Source: an uncultured Chloroflexia bacterium
GTDB taxonomy: Bacteria; Chloroflexota; Limnocylindria; Limnocylindrales; CSP1-4
Assembly: GCA_963745405.1 (NCBI GenBank)
Contig: CAVUWY010000002.1
Span: forward strand, 1,317,221 to 1,381,220
Direction of reading: 5' to 3'
DNA length: 64,000 nt
Translations under genes and position numbers: made by a program
The notes under the pieces: model-generated
Databases searched by the model: none
Seen by the model: the letters and a program-made list of their open reading frames with translations, nothing else
Told to the model about the DNA's origin: nothing
In this document: positions 47,043 to 57,730 of the stretch, in pieces
How positions within the stretch are numbered: position 1 is the stretch's first letter
Layout of the letters: each line of letters begins with the position of its first letter

Positions 47043-48788
47043 TCACGCGCGGGCGGCTCGATCCAGGGCCGCGGGTCCGCCGCTCGCCGCCTGCGAGACC
47101 CGGCCGCCGTTCGCGGCCATCAGGCGCCGCTGGAAGCTGATCGGCAGGCTGCCGCTGCGCAGCAGCTGGTCGTGGAAGCCGCGCAGGCTGAAGGCTCCGC
47201 CGAGCCGCCGCTGCTCGTCGGCGCGGAGCTGGAGGAGCAGCACTCGCCCGAGCAGGTATGAGAGCTGGTAGGTCGGGGTGTACGTGTAGCGGTTGACCTC
47301 GGCCCGGGCGTTCGGCTCCTCGAACGAGGTCTGCTCGACCATCCAGGCGATAGCGTCCTCGACGCCGATCTCGCCCCGATGCATCCGGACGTCGAGGACG
47401 ATCCGGCAGGCCCGCCAGATCGCATCGGTGTGCATGTTGAGGCGGAAGTTCGGCGCGGTGTCGAAGCCCTCCTCTCGCATCATGAGCTCGGAGTACATCG
47501 CCCAGCCCTCGACGAACTCGGGGGCCTCGGTCGTCAGCCGGGTGAGCGACGGGTGGCGGTTGGCCACCGACAGCTGGAGGTGATGGCCGGGATAGGCCTC
47601 GTGGATGCTCGTGTTGCTGATCGAGCTGTAGTTGTGCTCCCGCATCGCCGTCGGGCTGTCGTTCACCGAGCTCGTCACGACATAGATGCCGGCAGGGTCG
47701 CGGTCGAACTTCGGCGGATCGAAGTAGGCCGCGAACGGGATGACGTTGCGAAGGAAGTCGGGCGTCTCGACGACGTCGAGGTGCTCGTCCGGCGGGACGG
47801 TCACGATGTCGTGGTCGATGAGGTGCTGGCGGGCCCGGAACATCGCGCCGCGGTAGGCGTCCAGTGCGTCGGCGAAGGTCGCCGGGTGGTCGGCCTTGAT
47901 GCGGCCGACGACGGTCGGCTCGTCGACGCTCGGGTCGATCTCGCGGGCTGCCTCCACCCGGGCCGCCTTGTTGCGGGCGAGCTGCTCGTGGCCGATGGCG
48001 AGGATGGCGTCGGCGTCGAGGCCGTCGAAGGCGCGGAGGGCGACGAGTTCGTCGTACCGATCGCGACCGAGCGCCCAGTCGTCGACGCCGTCGGGGAGGG
48101 TCCCGCCGAGCCAGGTCGTGTAGTCGGCGACCGCGGCCCGGGCGACGTTGGCCGCCCGCTCGAGGCGCGATTGCTCGGCCGCCGGGATGGCGGCGGTCCG
48201 GCCGGCGGCGACGATCTCGTCGAACAGGCCGGGCAGGTCGTGGCCCGACTCGATCTCGAGCTCCTGCCACAGGCGGACCTGGGGGACCGCGGCGCGGGTA
48301 CGGCTGCCGGCGAGGTAGGCCGGGATCGCTTCCATCCGGGCGGCCGCCGAGCCGAGACGCTCGGCGAGAGGGGCGTAGTCGCGGGCGAACACGGCGAACA
48401 GCGCGCTGCCGACCGTGTCCATCGCCGTCGAGCGGCGTTCCCAGACGCGATGGACGTCGGTGTCGAAGATGACCCGGCGGAGGTTGTGGATCTCGAGCTC
48501 ACGCTCGAACGACGCCTCGGCCGAGAGGCCCTTCGGGTCGAGTGCCTCGACCGCGGCGAGATGGGCCCGCTCGTCGGCGAGCTCCTGGAGGACGGCGTCG
48601 CGGCTGCCGTCGCCGAGGCGTTCGTCCTCGGTGTGGATGCCGGCGTACGTGGCGTAGGTGGGGTTGTCGCGGAGCAGCCGCCGGAAGCGGGCCTCGACGA
48701 GGTCGTAGAGGCGATCGTCGAGGGGTCCCGGCTGGGCGGCCGGGTCGGGACGGCTGAGCGCGACCTTCGCGAGGCTCGACTCGGTCAC
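47043..48788 (-). CDS. DUF885 family metalloprotein
   Basis: HEAYPGHH, EGWAMYSE; CAGGAGG RBS. Confidence 0.88.
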   Translation of the reverse strand: MTESSLAKVALSRPDPAAQPGPLDDRLYDLVEARFRRLLRDNPTYATYAGIHTEDERLGDGSRDAVLQELADERAHLAAVEALDPKGLSAEASFERELEIHNLRRVIFDTDVHRVWERRSTAMDTVGSALFAVFARDYAPLAERLGSAAARMEAIPAYLAGSRTRAAVPQVRLWQELEIESGHDLPGLFDEIVAAGRTAAIPAAEQSRLERAANVARAAVADYTTWLGGTLPDGVDDWALGRDRYDELVALRAFDGLDADAILAIGHEQLARNKAARVEAAREIDPSVDEPTVVGRIKADHPATFADALDAYRGAMFRARQHLIDHDIVTVPPDEHLDVVETPDFLRNVIPFAAYFDPPKFDRDPAGIYVVTSSVNDSPTAMREHNYSSISNTSIHEAYPGHHLQLSVANRHPSLTRLTTEAPEFVEGWAMYSELMMREEGFDTAPNFRLNMHTDAIWRACRIVLDVRMHRGEIGVEDAIAWMVEQTSFEEPNARAEVNRYTYTPTYQLSYLLGRVLLLQLRADEQRRLGGAFSLRGFHDQLLRSGSLPISFQRRLMAANGGRVSQAASGGPAALDRAARA

Positions 48789-48840
48789 GGGATCCTCCTG
48801 GTGTCGGGCGGGCCCGACGGTCTGCGCGCCGACCCTGCCG

Positions 48841-50016
48841 CTAGTGGTGCCCGGCGGTGGCGTGTCGGGCTGGTTCGGCTGGTTCGGCGGCTTCGGCGAT
48901 CGGAGGCCGACCGGCATCGGTCTCGTCGAGAGCGGCTCGCACGGCGGCGAGGGTCGTCTCGATGTCGAGGTCCGACACGCCGTGATGGGTCACGGCTCGG
49001 ACCTGTCCATGCGGATATTCCACCATCAGGACGCCGCGCGCACGGAGGGCGGCGAGGAATGCCGCCCGGTCGCGCTCGACCGTGAAAACGACGAAGTTCG
49101 TCCGGACGCGGCCCGGATCGAGCGGACCGGGGATCGGCTGGGCCGTTCCGCCGGGCGACCGGACCGGTGCCAGCTCGGCCAGCCCCTCGGCGAGGCGCCG
49201 GGCGTTGGCGTGGTCCTCGGCGAGTCGCTCGATCATGCCGGCCGGTCCATCCCGCAACGCGATGAGGCCCGCCGCGGCGAGGATCCCGACCTGGCGCATC
49301 CCGCCGCCGACGAGCTTGCGGCCCCGACGGGCACGCCAGATGAACTCCCGCGAGCCGACGACGACCGAACCGATCGGGCAGGCGAGGCCCTTCGAGAGGC
49401 AGAACGTCACGCTGTCGGCCGGGCCGGAGAGGTCCGTCGGGCGGACCCCCTGGGCGATCACGGAGTTCCAGAAGCGGGCCCCGTCGACGTGCAGCGGAAC
49501 GCCCTGCTCGTGGGCGATGGCGGCGACGGTCGCGGTGTACTCGGGCGAGACGGGCTGGCCCATCGAGTGGGCGTGGGTGTTCTCGATCGCGATGAGGCCG
49601 CTGATCGGCTCGTGTGGGTCGCCCGGGTCGCGGAACGCCTGGCGGACGGCGGTCGGGTCCATAGTCCCGTCGGGCCGCTCCTGGAGCGCCCGGATGCTCG
49701 TCCCGACGATGACGGCGTGGCCGGCCGCCTCGTCCATGACAAGGTGGCTCTCGACGCCGGCGATCGTCTCCTGGCCGCGCCCGAGGTGGGCGAGCTGGGC
49801 GACGATGTTGCCCATCGCCCCGCTCGCGACGAACAGGCCGGCCTCCTTGCCGAGGAGCTCGGCGGCCCGTTCCTGGAGGGCGTGGACGGTCGGATCGTCA
49901 TCGAAGACGTCGTCGCCGACCTCGGCGGCCGCCATCGCCCGCCGCATCTCGTCGGTCGGTTTCGTGACGGTGTCGGACCGCAGGTCGATGAGGTGGTCGG
50001 ACGCGCTCAGGGACAT
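48841..50016 (-). CDS. ltaE: Low-specificity L-threonine aldolase
   Basis: DLRSDTVT, HVDGAR, CLSKGL, GGGMRQ. Confidence 0.9.
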   Translation of the reverse strand: MSLSASDHLIDLRSDTVTKPTDEMRRAMAAAEVGDDVFDDDPTVHALQERAAELLGKEAGLFVASGAMGNIVAQLAHLGRGQETIAGVESHLVMDEAAGHAVIVGTSIRALQERPDGTMDPTAVRQAFRDPGDPHEPISGLIAIENTHAHSMGQPVSPEYTATVAAIAHEQGVPLHVDGARFWNSVIAQGVRPTDLSGPADSVTFCLSKGLACPIGSVVVGSREFIWRARRGRKLVGGGMRQVGILAAAGLIALRDGPAGMIERLAEDHANARRLAEGLAELAPVRSPGGTAQPIPGPLDPGRVRTNFVVFTVERDRAAFLAALRARGVLMVEYPHGQVRAVTHHGVSDLDIETTLAAVRAALDETDAGRPPIAEAAEPAEPARHATAGHH

Positions 50017-50064
50017 GGGCGGCGAGTATAGCGAGGGCGCCCGGCCGCGGCCTTGTGGCGGGAC

Positions 50065-50177
50065 CCGCTCATGCCGATCACCCGGGCGCCGCTCGTGCCG
50101 ATCTCCCGGGCGCCGCTCGTGCCGATCTCCCGGGCGCCGCTCGTGCCGATCTCCGGGGCGCCGCTCGTGCCGATCTC
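50065..50177. repeat. 24-bp intergenic tandem repeat, about 4.7 copies
   Basis: CCGCTCGTGCCGATCTCCCGGGCG units, no spacers. Confidence 0.9.
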
Positions 50178-50469
50178 TTGCGCGACATGCAAGATCGCCC
50201 GCTCGGCTTGCGTGGGGTGCATCAATGGAACCGCCGAGCCGGAAAAGGGACACCGGCCAGGCCTCTGGCTGCACGCAATGCGCGGTCGGTGGGGCCCTCG
50301 CGCACGTTTCATGCACGTGATGCAAGGAACGAACACGGTTGATCGTCACGGAGGGCCGGCAAGGTCCCGTTGATGCATGTCGTGCAAGCGCGAACCCACG
50401 GGCCGGAGCGGCCACCGAGACGACGGACAATGGGTGGCGCACCTGCTATCCTGCCCACTCGCCGTCCCC

Positions 50470-50546
50470 GGACCCGTGGTGTAGCGGCCCAACATGCCAG
50501 CCTGTCACGCTGGAGATCGCCGGTTCGAATCCGGTCGGGTCCGCCA
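50470..50546 (+). tRNA. tRNA-Asp(GTC)
   Basis: GGACCCG...CTGTCAC...GGTTCGAATCC...CGGGTCCGCCA. Confidence 0.97.
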
Positions 50547-50560
50547 TCGAGCATCTTCCC

Positions 50561-50597
50561 AACGCCCCGTCCTCCCGCTCGGACGGGGCGTTTTCCT
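50561..50597 (+). terminator. Intrinsic terminator after tRNA-Asp
   Basis: AACGCCCCGTCC...GGACGGGGCGTTTT. Confidence 0.75.
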
Positions 50598-50609
50598 GTT
50601 CGCGGCAGG

Positions 50610-51563
50610 TCAGGCTGGAGCGGCCTCGCCGAGGCCGGGATCCGGGACGGCGTCGCGATCCGACCGGCCGGCCGAGGCCCAGCGGAAGGCGATGACGGGG
50701 ACGAGGGCGGCGAGCGTGCTGAGGGCGGTGAACCACAGGGTCGGCAGGGCGACGACGATGGCCACGACGAGCAACGGCTCCCCGATCCGTGGCCGAAGCC
50801 GGGCCGCCACGATGGCGAGGACCAGGCCGGTGACGGCGCGGATCCAGTAGGGGATCGGGATGAGGGCGGAGGCATCGGCCGGCCCGCGCGAGGTGAGGAT
50901 GCCGATGAAGTCGATCCATGCCTGCGGGCTGAGAGCCACGCTCACGGCGAGGATCGCGAGCCCGACCGCCGAGGCCGTGACGGCGGCCCGCCACTTCCCG
51001 CCGGCGGCGAGGTAGACGACGCCGAGCCCCGGTGCGAGCTTGATGCCTGCCCCGACCGAGAACATCGCCGGCGAGCGCCGGATGCCGAGGACGATGAGCA
51101 CGGCGAGGATCAGGTGGACGTTGCGGAAGCCGAGCTCTGTGGCGACCGGCACGAACGCGATCATGGCGAGGAACCAGAGCGGGCGGCCGCCGGCCAGCCA
51201 CCATAGGCAGACGAGGAGCAGCACGGTCCAGGCCCAGCTGAACGCCTCAGACGGGAGGATCAGGGTGATGGGCGCGACGACCTGGGCGAGGATCGGCGGA
51301 TACCAGTAGGCGAACGGGGTGATCGAGCTCGCCGCCGGGTCGTAGAGCGGCTCTCCGTGGAGGAGCCGCTGGCCGGCGAGCCAGTAGGCGTGCTCGTCGT
51401 TGGGGTATCCCCAGCGGCTCTGGGCGACGACGAGGAGCAGCAGCGCCCCGACCATCGCCAGGACGACCAGTCCGATGGGCGGCAGGACCCGATCGCCGAT
51501 CGATACGGGCTCGACGAGGAGCCGCCGGAACGAAGAGGGGGCACTCGCCGAAGTCACGCTCAC
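50610..51563 (-). CDS. GT87-like membrane glycosyltransferase
   Basis: D..AY..A, YWYPP, IKLAP, many TMs. Confidence 0.75.
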   Translation of the reverse strand: MSVTSASAPSSFRRLLVEPVSIGDRVLPPIGLVVLAMVGALLLLVVAQSRWGYPNDEHAYWLAGQRLLHGEPLYDPAASSITPFAYWYPPILAQVVAPITLILPSEAFSWAWTVLLLVCLWWLAGGRPLWFLAMIAFVPVATELGFRNVHLILAVLIVLGIRRSPAMFSVGAGIKLAPGLGVVYLAAGGKWRAAVTASAVGLAILAVSVALSPQAWIDFIGILTSRGPADASALIPIPYWIRAVTGLVLAIVAARLRPRIGEPLLVVAIVVALPTLWFTALSTLAALVPVIAFRWASAGRSDRDAVPDPGLGEAAPA

Positions 51564-51726
51564 AGCGGCCCGACTCTACCATCCGCTCTCGCACCGCCGG
51601 ACCACCCGATGGTCCCGGCCCAGCCCCCGTCGGGCGTGGGCCCGCCCTCGGTCCGGGTCCGGGCCGGCGAGTGCCGGGGGTGCATCGGACGCCTCGACCG
51701 GCCCCCCATGGCACCATACGCGGACC

Positions 51727-53389
51727 GTGCGACGCCTGCCGACCCCTGCCTTCGTCGTCCTCGTGCTCGTCGCGGTGTTCGCCCTCCTCTCGCTCGCCGT
51801 CCTCGGCGGTTCGCCGGCCGCCTCTCCCGCACCGATCGGCCTGGCGACCCCCGGCGCGAGCCCTGGCGCGTCCGGATCCCCGAGCGGCAGCCCCGCGGGC
51901 GTCGACGGCTCGGCGAGCGCGACTCCATCGGCCGGCAGCGGCGAGCCCTCCACAGCCCCGCCCTCCGCGCCGCCCGGTCCGATCGCGGGCGTCCCGATCG
52001 TCCCGGTCGTCGACTTCCGCTCCACGATCACGGGGATCGACGCATCGGACGTGAAGGGGGTCCTCGCCGGCACCGACCCACACTGGCACCGACTCGAGCT
52101 CGTCAAGGCCGACGCCGACGGGATCCTCGCCGCGCTCGGTGTCGACCCGCCCGGCGTCGTCGGCCCACTTCACGATCGCCGCATCGGCCGCGGCGCTCGG
52201 CAAGGACCTCGCGGCCGACTCCTCCCGCCTCGCCTTCCTCCGCGCCTCCCAGGTGACCCCGGCCGTTCGGGCGATCGGGTGGAGCGGCAGGTCGCTGTTC
52301 GGCGTCGACCGGGTCACGAAGACGGCCTCGTGGCCGCTCGTCGCCCGACTCCCCGGCGACGCGAAGCCGTTCAACGCCGGCTCGACGTGGACCCTCGTGG
52401 CCGGCGGCGACATCATGCTCGACCGCGGCGTCTATCGCGAGGTCCACATCCTCGGCAAGGGCGTCGACTTCCCGTTCGACGGCGGCACCGCCGACATCAC
52501 CGGACACCGCTGCTGCTCGGCCCTCGGCTGGCCGACCGTCATCGCCAAGCGGACCGGCAACGCGGGCGCCGTCCGCCATCTCCTGTCACGAGCGAACATC
52601 GCGGTGGCGAACTTCGAGAACCCGGCCCCGGACGCGCCCAAGTACCACACGCAGGGGACCGTCTTCTCCGCCGACCCGCGGCTCATCGCCGGAGTGAAGG
52701 ACGCCGGGATCGACGTCGTCTCGATCGCCAACAACCACATCGGCGATGCGGGGACGAAGGGTGTCCTCCAGACGATCGCCAACCTCGACGCCCGGGGGAT
52801 CCGCCACGCCGGCGCGGGCAAGAACATCGCCGCCGCCCATAAGCCGGCGATGCTCCAGGTCGGCGGGGTGACGGTCGCCATCCTCGGCTACGACACGATC
52901 GCCAGGTACTACGCGGCCGGCCCGTCCAAGCCGGGCAGCGCCCAGCTCACCGCGGCCGGGGTGAAGGCCGACGTCGCGGCCGCCCGGGCCGCCGGCGCAG
53001 ACGTCGTCATCGTCTACCCGCACTGGGGCACCGAGTACAAGGCCGCTCCGTTCCCGGCCCAGCAGAAGCTCGCCCGCGCCGTCATCGACGCGGGCGCCGA
53101 CATGGTCATCGGCAATCACGCCCACTGGGTCGGGGCTATGGAGGTCTACAAGGGCAAGCCGATCTGGTACGCCCTCGGCAACTTCGTGTTCGACCAGGAC
53201 TGGTCCGAGCCGACCTCGGAGGGCATGCTCCTCGAGCTCACCTTCAACGGGAAGGCGCTCTCCCAGGTGGTCCTCCACCCGACGGTGATCCTCGACAAGT
53301 CACAGCCGAACTTCCTCGACCCGGCCGGCGACGGCAGGGTCGTCCTCGGCCAGCTCTACGACGCGTCGAAGAAGCTGCTGCCCTGGTAG
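51727..53389 (+). pseudogene. CapA (PGA synthesis/metallophosphoesterase) family gene with +1 frameshift
   Basis: Signal/Pro-rich N-terminus in one frame; GDIM, NFE, ANNH, HWG, GNHAH, LGNF in another; shift near 52146. Confidence 0.7.
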
Positions 53390-53432
53390 GTCGGCCGGCC
53401 TCGCGTGACGAGGCGGCGCGGATCTTCTGCCT

Positions 53433-54374
53433 CTAGAGGCCGGCGAACAGGTCCGTCTCCGGAGTGGTCGACGGGACCCGTGAAGCGCGAAGGACGTAGG
53501 CCTCGCGGGACCAGAATTCCTTCCAGCCCTCATAGCCGGCGGCCATGAAGCCGTTCTCGCGGCTGATCTGGGTGACGTGCTTCTGGATCGCCTCCCACTT
53601 GAGCGGCAGGACGTCGGAGACATCGACCCACGTCGTGATCGTCTCGTCGGGGACGAGGGCCTTGGCGATGAACGCCTCGTACTCGATGAGCTGCTCCGGC
53701 GTGGCGTCCTCGGGCGGCATCCAGAACGAGCGCTGCCCCTGGGCCGTGAGGCGCTCGTTCATCGCCGTCCGGACCGAGGCCGGGATCGCCTGTTCGTAGA
53801 GCTTCTTCGGCTCCCACGGCGCGAGGCCGCCGTCGTCCGTGCTCGCACCGGTCCCGCCGTGCTCGGGCGCGAGCTGCTCGGGATACCAGGCGGGATCGCC
53901 GGCCCGGTCGAAGGCCGGCACGGTCACCTGGTGGACCCGGATGTGGTCGGGGTGGCCGTAGCCGCCGAAGGCGTTGTACGTCGTGACGACCTCCGGCCGA
54001 TGACGGCGCATGAACCAGACGAGCCGCCCGACCGCCTCGTCGAGGTCGGCCTGCCAGAAGGTTCGCGGATCGCGATTGCCGGGCCGGCCCATCATGTCCG
54101 AGTCGCGGTAGCCGAGGTTGTCCCACTCGGTCACGCCGAGGACGCCCATGGCGGCCTCGAGCTCGCCCATCCGGATCTCGCCGAGTCGCCGGTGGTTGTC
54201 GGGCGTGTCCATCTCAGGGACGACGATCTCGCCCTGCTCGCCGCGCGTCCCGGTGATGAGGACGACCCGATGTCCGTCCTGCACCGCTTTCGCCATCGCC
54301 CCACCGGTGCCGATGGTCTCGTCGTCGGGATGGGCATGGACGGTCATCAGGGTGAGGCGGGCGGTGTCGTTCAT
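53433..54374 (-). CDS. PIG-L family deacetylase (MshB/Mca-like)
   Basis: HAHPDDE, GYRDS, GGYGHPDH. Confidence 0.88.
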   Translation of the reverse strand: MNDTARLTLMTVHAHPDDETIGTGGAMAKAVQDGHRVVLITGTRGEQGEIVVPEMDTPDNHRRLGEIRMGELEAAMGVLGVTEWDNLGYRDSDMMGRPGNRDPRTFWQADLDEAVGRLVWFMRRHRPEVVTTYNAFGGYGHPDHIRVHQVTVPAFDRAGDPAWYPEQLAPEHGGTGASTDDGGLAPWEPKKLYEQAIPASVRTAMNERLTAQGQRSFWMPPEDATPEQLIEYEAFIAKALVPDETITTWVDVSDVLPLKWEAIQKHVTQISRENGFMAAGYEGWKEFWSREAYVLRASRVPSTTPETDLFAGL

Positions 54375-54461
54375 CTGCGCATCGTAGCCAAGGTGAGGAG
54401 AAGGCTGTGCCGGGACGCCCTCAGGCCGGACGCCCGTGCCGCCGGTGGCTACGCTGGGGGT

Positions 54462-55754
54462 ATGACCGAGGACGGACCGAGCACGGCCGGGGAGGCCCAG
54501 GACCGCGGCCCGCTGGCGGGCATCGTCGTCGCCGACCTCTCGACCGTCCTCGCCGGGCCGTACGCGACGATGATCCTCGGCGACCTCGGCGCCGACGTGA
54601 TCAAGGTCGAGCCGCCCGAGGGCGACGGGACCCGGGCCTGGGGTCCGCCGTGGGTGGGCGCGGGCAGGATCGCGCCCGACGATCCCGGCGTGGCGGCCTA
54701 CTACCTCGCCGTCAACCGGAACAAGCGCTCGCTCCGCCTCGACGCGCGGACGCCCGACGGTCGCGAGGTCCTCCGACGCCTGCTGGAACGGGCGGACGTC
54801 CTGGTCGAGAACTTCCGGGTCGGCGGCTTCGCCCGGCTCGGCTTCGACGACCCGGCGCTCGAGGCGCTCAACCCCGGCCTCATCCACCTCGCCATCAGCG
54901 GCTACGGTCCGATCGGACCGGACGCCGATCGACCGGGGTACGACTTCGTGCTCCAGGCCGAGGCCGGCCTCATGTCGATCACCGGCTTCGCCGACGCCGA
55001 CGGTGGCGCGCCGACGAAGGTCGGTGTCGCGATCGCCGACATCGTGACCGGCCTCCACGGGGCGATCTCGATCCTCGCCGCGCTGGCCGGCCGGGACCGC
55101 GCCGATCCGGTCGGCGGCGTCGACACGCCGAGCGCCCACCGCGGGCAACGGATCGACGTCTCGATCCTCGAAGGCGCCCTGTCGCTCCTCGTCAACCAGG
55201 CCCAGAACGCCTTCGCGACCGGCGTCGCGCCACGGCGGCGCGGCAACGCCCACCCGAACATCGTCCCGTACGAGACGTTCCCGACGCTGGACGGCGAGAT
55301 CGCGATCGCCGTCGGCTCCGAGCGGCAGTGGCGCCGGTTCTGCGTCGCGCTCGAAGCGGACGAGCTGGCCGACGACCCACGCTTCGCCACGAACGCGGAT
55401 CGTGTCGCGAACCGCGACACGCTGCGGCCGATCCTCGCCGCACGGTTCGGCGCGACCGACTCGCCGACCTGGCTCGAACGGCTGACCGTGGCGGAGATCC
55501 CGTGCGGGCCGATCAACGACGTCCTTGCCGCGTTCGCCATGCCGCAGGCGCAGGCGCGGGCGATGGACGTCACGATCGATCATCCCCTGCTCGGCCCGAT
55601 CCGCCAGGTCGGCATCCCGACGAAGCTCGCCGGGACGCCGGCCTCGATCCGGCGTGCGCCACCGCTCCTCGGAGAGCACTCGGCCGAGATCCTCGCCGAG
55701 CTCGGTTACGACGCCGTCACGACCGCCGACCTTGCCGCACGGGGCGTGGTCTGA
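54462..55754 (+). CDS. CoA-transferase family III (CaiB/BaiF)
   Basis: GADVIKVE, NRNKRS, ENFR.G. Confidence 0.92.
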   Translation: MTEDGPSTAGEAQDRGPLAGIVVADLSTVLAGPYATMILGDLGADVIKVEPPEGDGTRAWGPPWVGAGRIAPDDPGVAAYYLAVNRNKRSLRLDARTPDGREVLRRLLERADVLVENFRVGGFARLGFDDPALEALNPGLIHLAISGYGPIGPDADRPGYDFVLQAEAGLMSITGFADADGGAPTKVGVAIADIVTGLHGAISILAALAGRDRADPVGGVDTPSAHRGQRIDVSILEGALSLLVNQAQNAFATGVAPRRRGNAHPNIVPYETFPTLDGEIAIAVGSERQWRRFCVALEADELADDPRFATNADRVANRDTLRPILAARFGATDSPTWLERLTVAEIPCGPINDVLAAFAMPQAQARAMDVTIDHPLLGPIRQVGIPTKLAGTPASIRRAPPLLGEHSAEILAELGYDAVTTADLAARGVV

Positions 55755-55817
55755 CGGACCCCGGGCGCTGACGGCAGGTATCCTGCCCGACACCGACCAG
55801 GCGTCGAGGGGGACCCG

Positions 55818-56768
55818 ATGATCACTCCACTCCCGTCGTGGAACGACGGCTCGACCCGGACTGCGATCGTCGACTTCGTCGAGCGGGTGACGAAGGAGGG
55901 CGGCCCGGACTTCGTCGCCCCCGCCGAACGCATCGCCGTGTTCGACAACGACGGGACCCTGTGGTGCGAGAAGCCGATGCCGATAGAGGTCGGCTTCATC
56001 CTCGAGCGGATGGCGGCGATGGCGAACGAGGATGCCGCGCTGCGACAGCGCCAGCCATGGAAGGCGGCCTACGAGCGCGATCACGCCTGGCTCGGTGATG
56101 CCATCACCAAGCACTACAGCGGCGATGACAGCGAGGTGAAGGTCCTCTTCGGCGGTCTCATCCAGACGTTCGCGGGCTGGACGGTCGACGACTACCAGGC
56201 TGCTGCTCGCTCGTTCCTGCAAGGTCGGCACCCGACGCTGAAGCGAGCCTTCACCGAGTGCGGCTTCCTGCCGATGATCGAACTGCTCGACTACCTCGAG
56301 GCCAACGGCTTCGCCAATTACATCGCCTCGGGTGGCGACCGCGACTTCATGCGGCCGGTCACCCAGCAGATGTATCGCATCCCGCCCGAGCGGGTGATCG
56401 GCAGCTCGATCGGCCTCCGCTACCACGAGGATGAGAGCGGCGGCTCGGTCGTCTATGCGGCCGACATGGAGCCGTTCGACGACGGCCCGATCAAGCCGGT
56501 CCGGATATGGAGCCGCGTCGGCGCCCGGCCGCTCATCGCCGGCGGCAACTCGAACGGCGACATCCCGATGCTCAACTTCGCCGCCCACTCGTCGCGGCCC
56601 TCGTTGAGCCTGCTCATCGACCACGACGATGCGGATCGTGAGTTCCGCTACACCTCCGGTGCCGAGAAGGCCCTGGAGCGGGCAGCCCAGCAAGGCTGGC
56701 CGGTGATCAGCGTCCGCGACGACTGGCGGACCGTGTTCGCCGCGGTGTCGGTTCCGACTCCGGCCTGA
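55818..56768 (+). CDS. HAD family hydrolase
   Basis: FDNDGTLW, GNSNGD. Confidence 0.85.
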   Translation: MITPLPSWNDGSTRTAIVDFVERVTKEGGPDFVAPAERIAVFDNDGTLWCEKPMPIEVGFILERMAAMANEDAALRQRQPWKAAYERDHAWLGDAITKHYSGDDSEVKVLFGGLIQTFAGWTVDDYQAAARSFLQGRHPTLKRAFTECGFLPMIELLDYLEANGFANYIASGGDRDFMRPVTQQMYRIPPERVIGSSIGLRYHEDESGGSVVYAADMEPFDDGPIKPVRIWSRVGARPLIAGGNSNGDIPMLNFAAHSSRPSLSLLIDHDDADREFRYTSGAEKALERAAQQGWPVISVRDDWRTVFAAVSVPTPA

Positions 56769-56900
56769 GAGGCGAGAGGCGATCCGAGGCGATCGGTTGC
56801 GGGGTCGCATGTAAACGCCGCGGCGAGCCGACCACCCGCTGCTAGACTCGGCCGACGGTCGCCCGAGGCGTGGGCGCCACCACGAAGGAGCACTCCCCGG

Positions 56901-57719
56901 ATGACCGACGAGCGCGAACGATGGGCCCTCATCCTCGGTGCCTCGTCGGGGATGGGTGAGGCGACCGCGAAGGCCCTCGCCGCGGCGGGTTATCGGATAT
57001 GCGGCATCCACCTCGACTTCCGGGCGGCCATCAGCCACGTCGACGAGGTCAAGGCGGCCATCGAGTCGACCGGCTCCGAGGCGCTCTACATCAACATGAA
57101 CGCGGCCGATGACGACAAGCGCGCCGGCGCCCTCGCGACGCTCGGCGAGCGGTTCGATCGGAGCCGGGCGGAGGGGCGCCACCCGTACGTCCGCGTCGTC
57201 ATGCACTCGCTCGCCTTCGGCAGCCTCGTCCCGTTCATCGCCGACGATCCCAAGGGCGCGGTCGACCGCAAGAAGATGGAGATGACCCAGGACGTGATGG
57301 CGAACAGCCTCGTCTACTGGGTCCAGGACCTGTTCCGCGGCGGGTTCCTCGAACGTGGCAGCAAGATCTACGCGATGACCTCGGAGGGATCGAGCCGCGT
57401 CGTCCCGTCGTATGGCGTGGTCTCGTCGGCCAAGGCCGCCCTCGAGTCGCATATCCGCCAGCTCGCGATGGAGCTCGCCCGGAACGGCTCGGGCATCTCG
57501 GCGAATTCGATCCAGGCGGGCGTGACGATGACCCCGGCCCTCATGAAGATCCCCGAGCACGAGGAGATCATCCGGGTCGCGACCGCGCGCAATCCGGCCG
57601 GCCGTCTCACCACCCCGCAGGACGTCGCCAACGCCATCGTCGCCCTGTCGGGCGACGATCTCGACTTCATCAGCGGCAACATCATCCGGGTCGACGGCGC
57701 CGAGTTCGTTACGGGCTAG
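56901..57719 (+). CDS. SDR, enoyl-ACP reductase (FabL/FabI-like)
   Basis: GASSGMG; YGVVSSAKAALE (Yx6K). Confidence 0.75.
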   Translation: MTDERERWALILGASSGMGEATAKALAAAGYRICGIHLDFRAAISHVDEVKAAIESTGSEALYINMNAADDDKRAGALATLGERFDRSRAEGRHPYVRVVMHSLAFGSLVPFIADDPKGAVDRKKMEMTQDVMANSLVYWVQDLFRGGFLERGSKIYAMTSEGSSRVVPSYGVVSSAKAALESHIRQLAMELARNGSGISANSIQAGVTMTPALMKIPEHEEIIRVATARNPAGRLTTPQDVANAIVALSGDDLDFISGNIIRVDGAEFVTG

Positions 57720-57730
57720 GCTCCGGCGCG

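Noticed and set aside
50065-50177. CRISPR array
   Set aside because: Repeats are contiguous with no spacers and there are no cas genes.
54375-57560. N-terminal ~1060 aa of the 1375-aa ORF
   Set aside because: Antisense shadow of three real genes; only the PIG-L part is supported.
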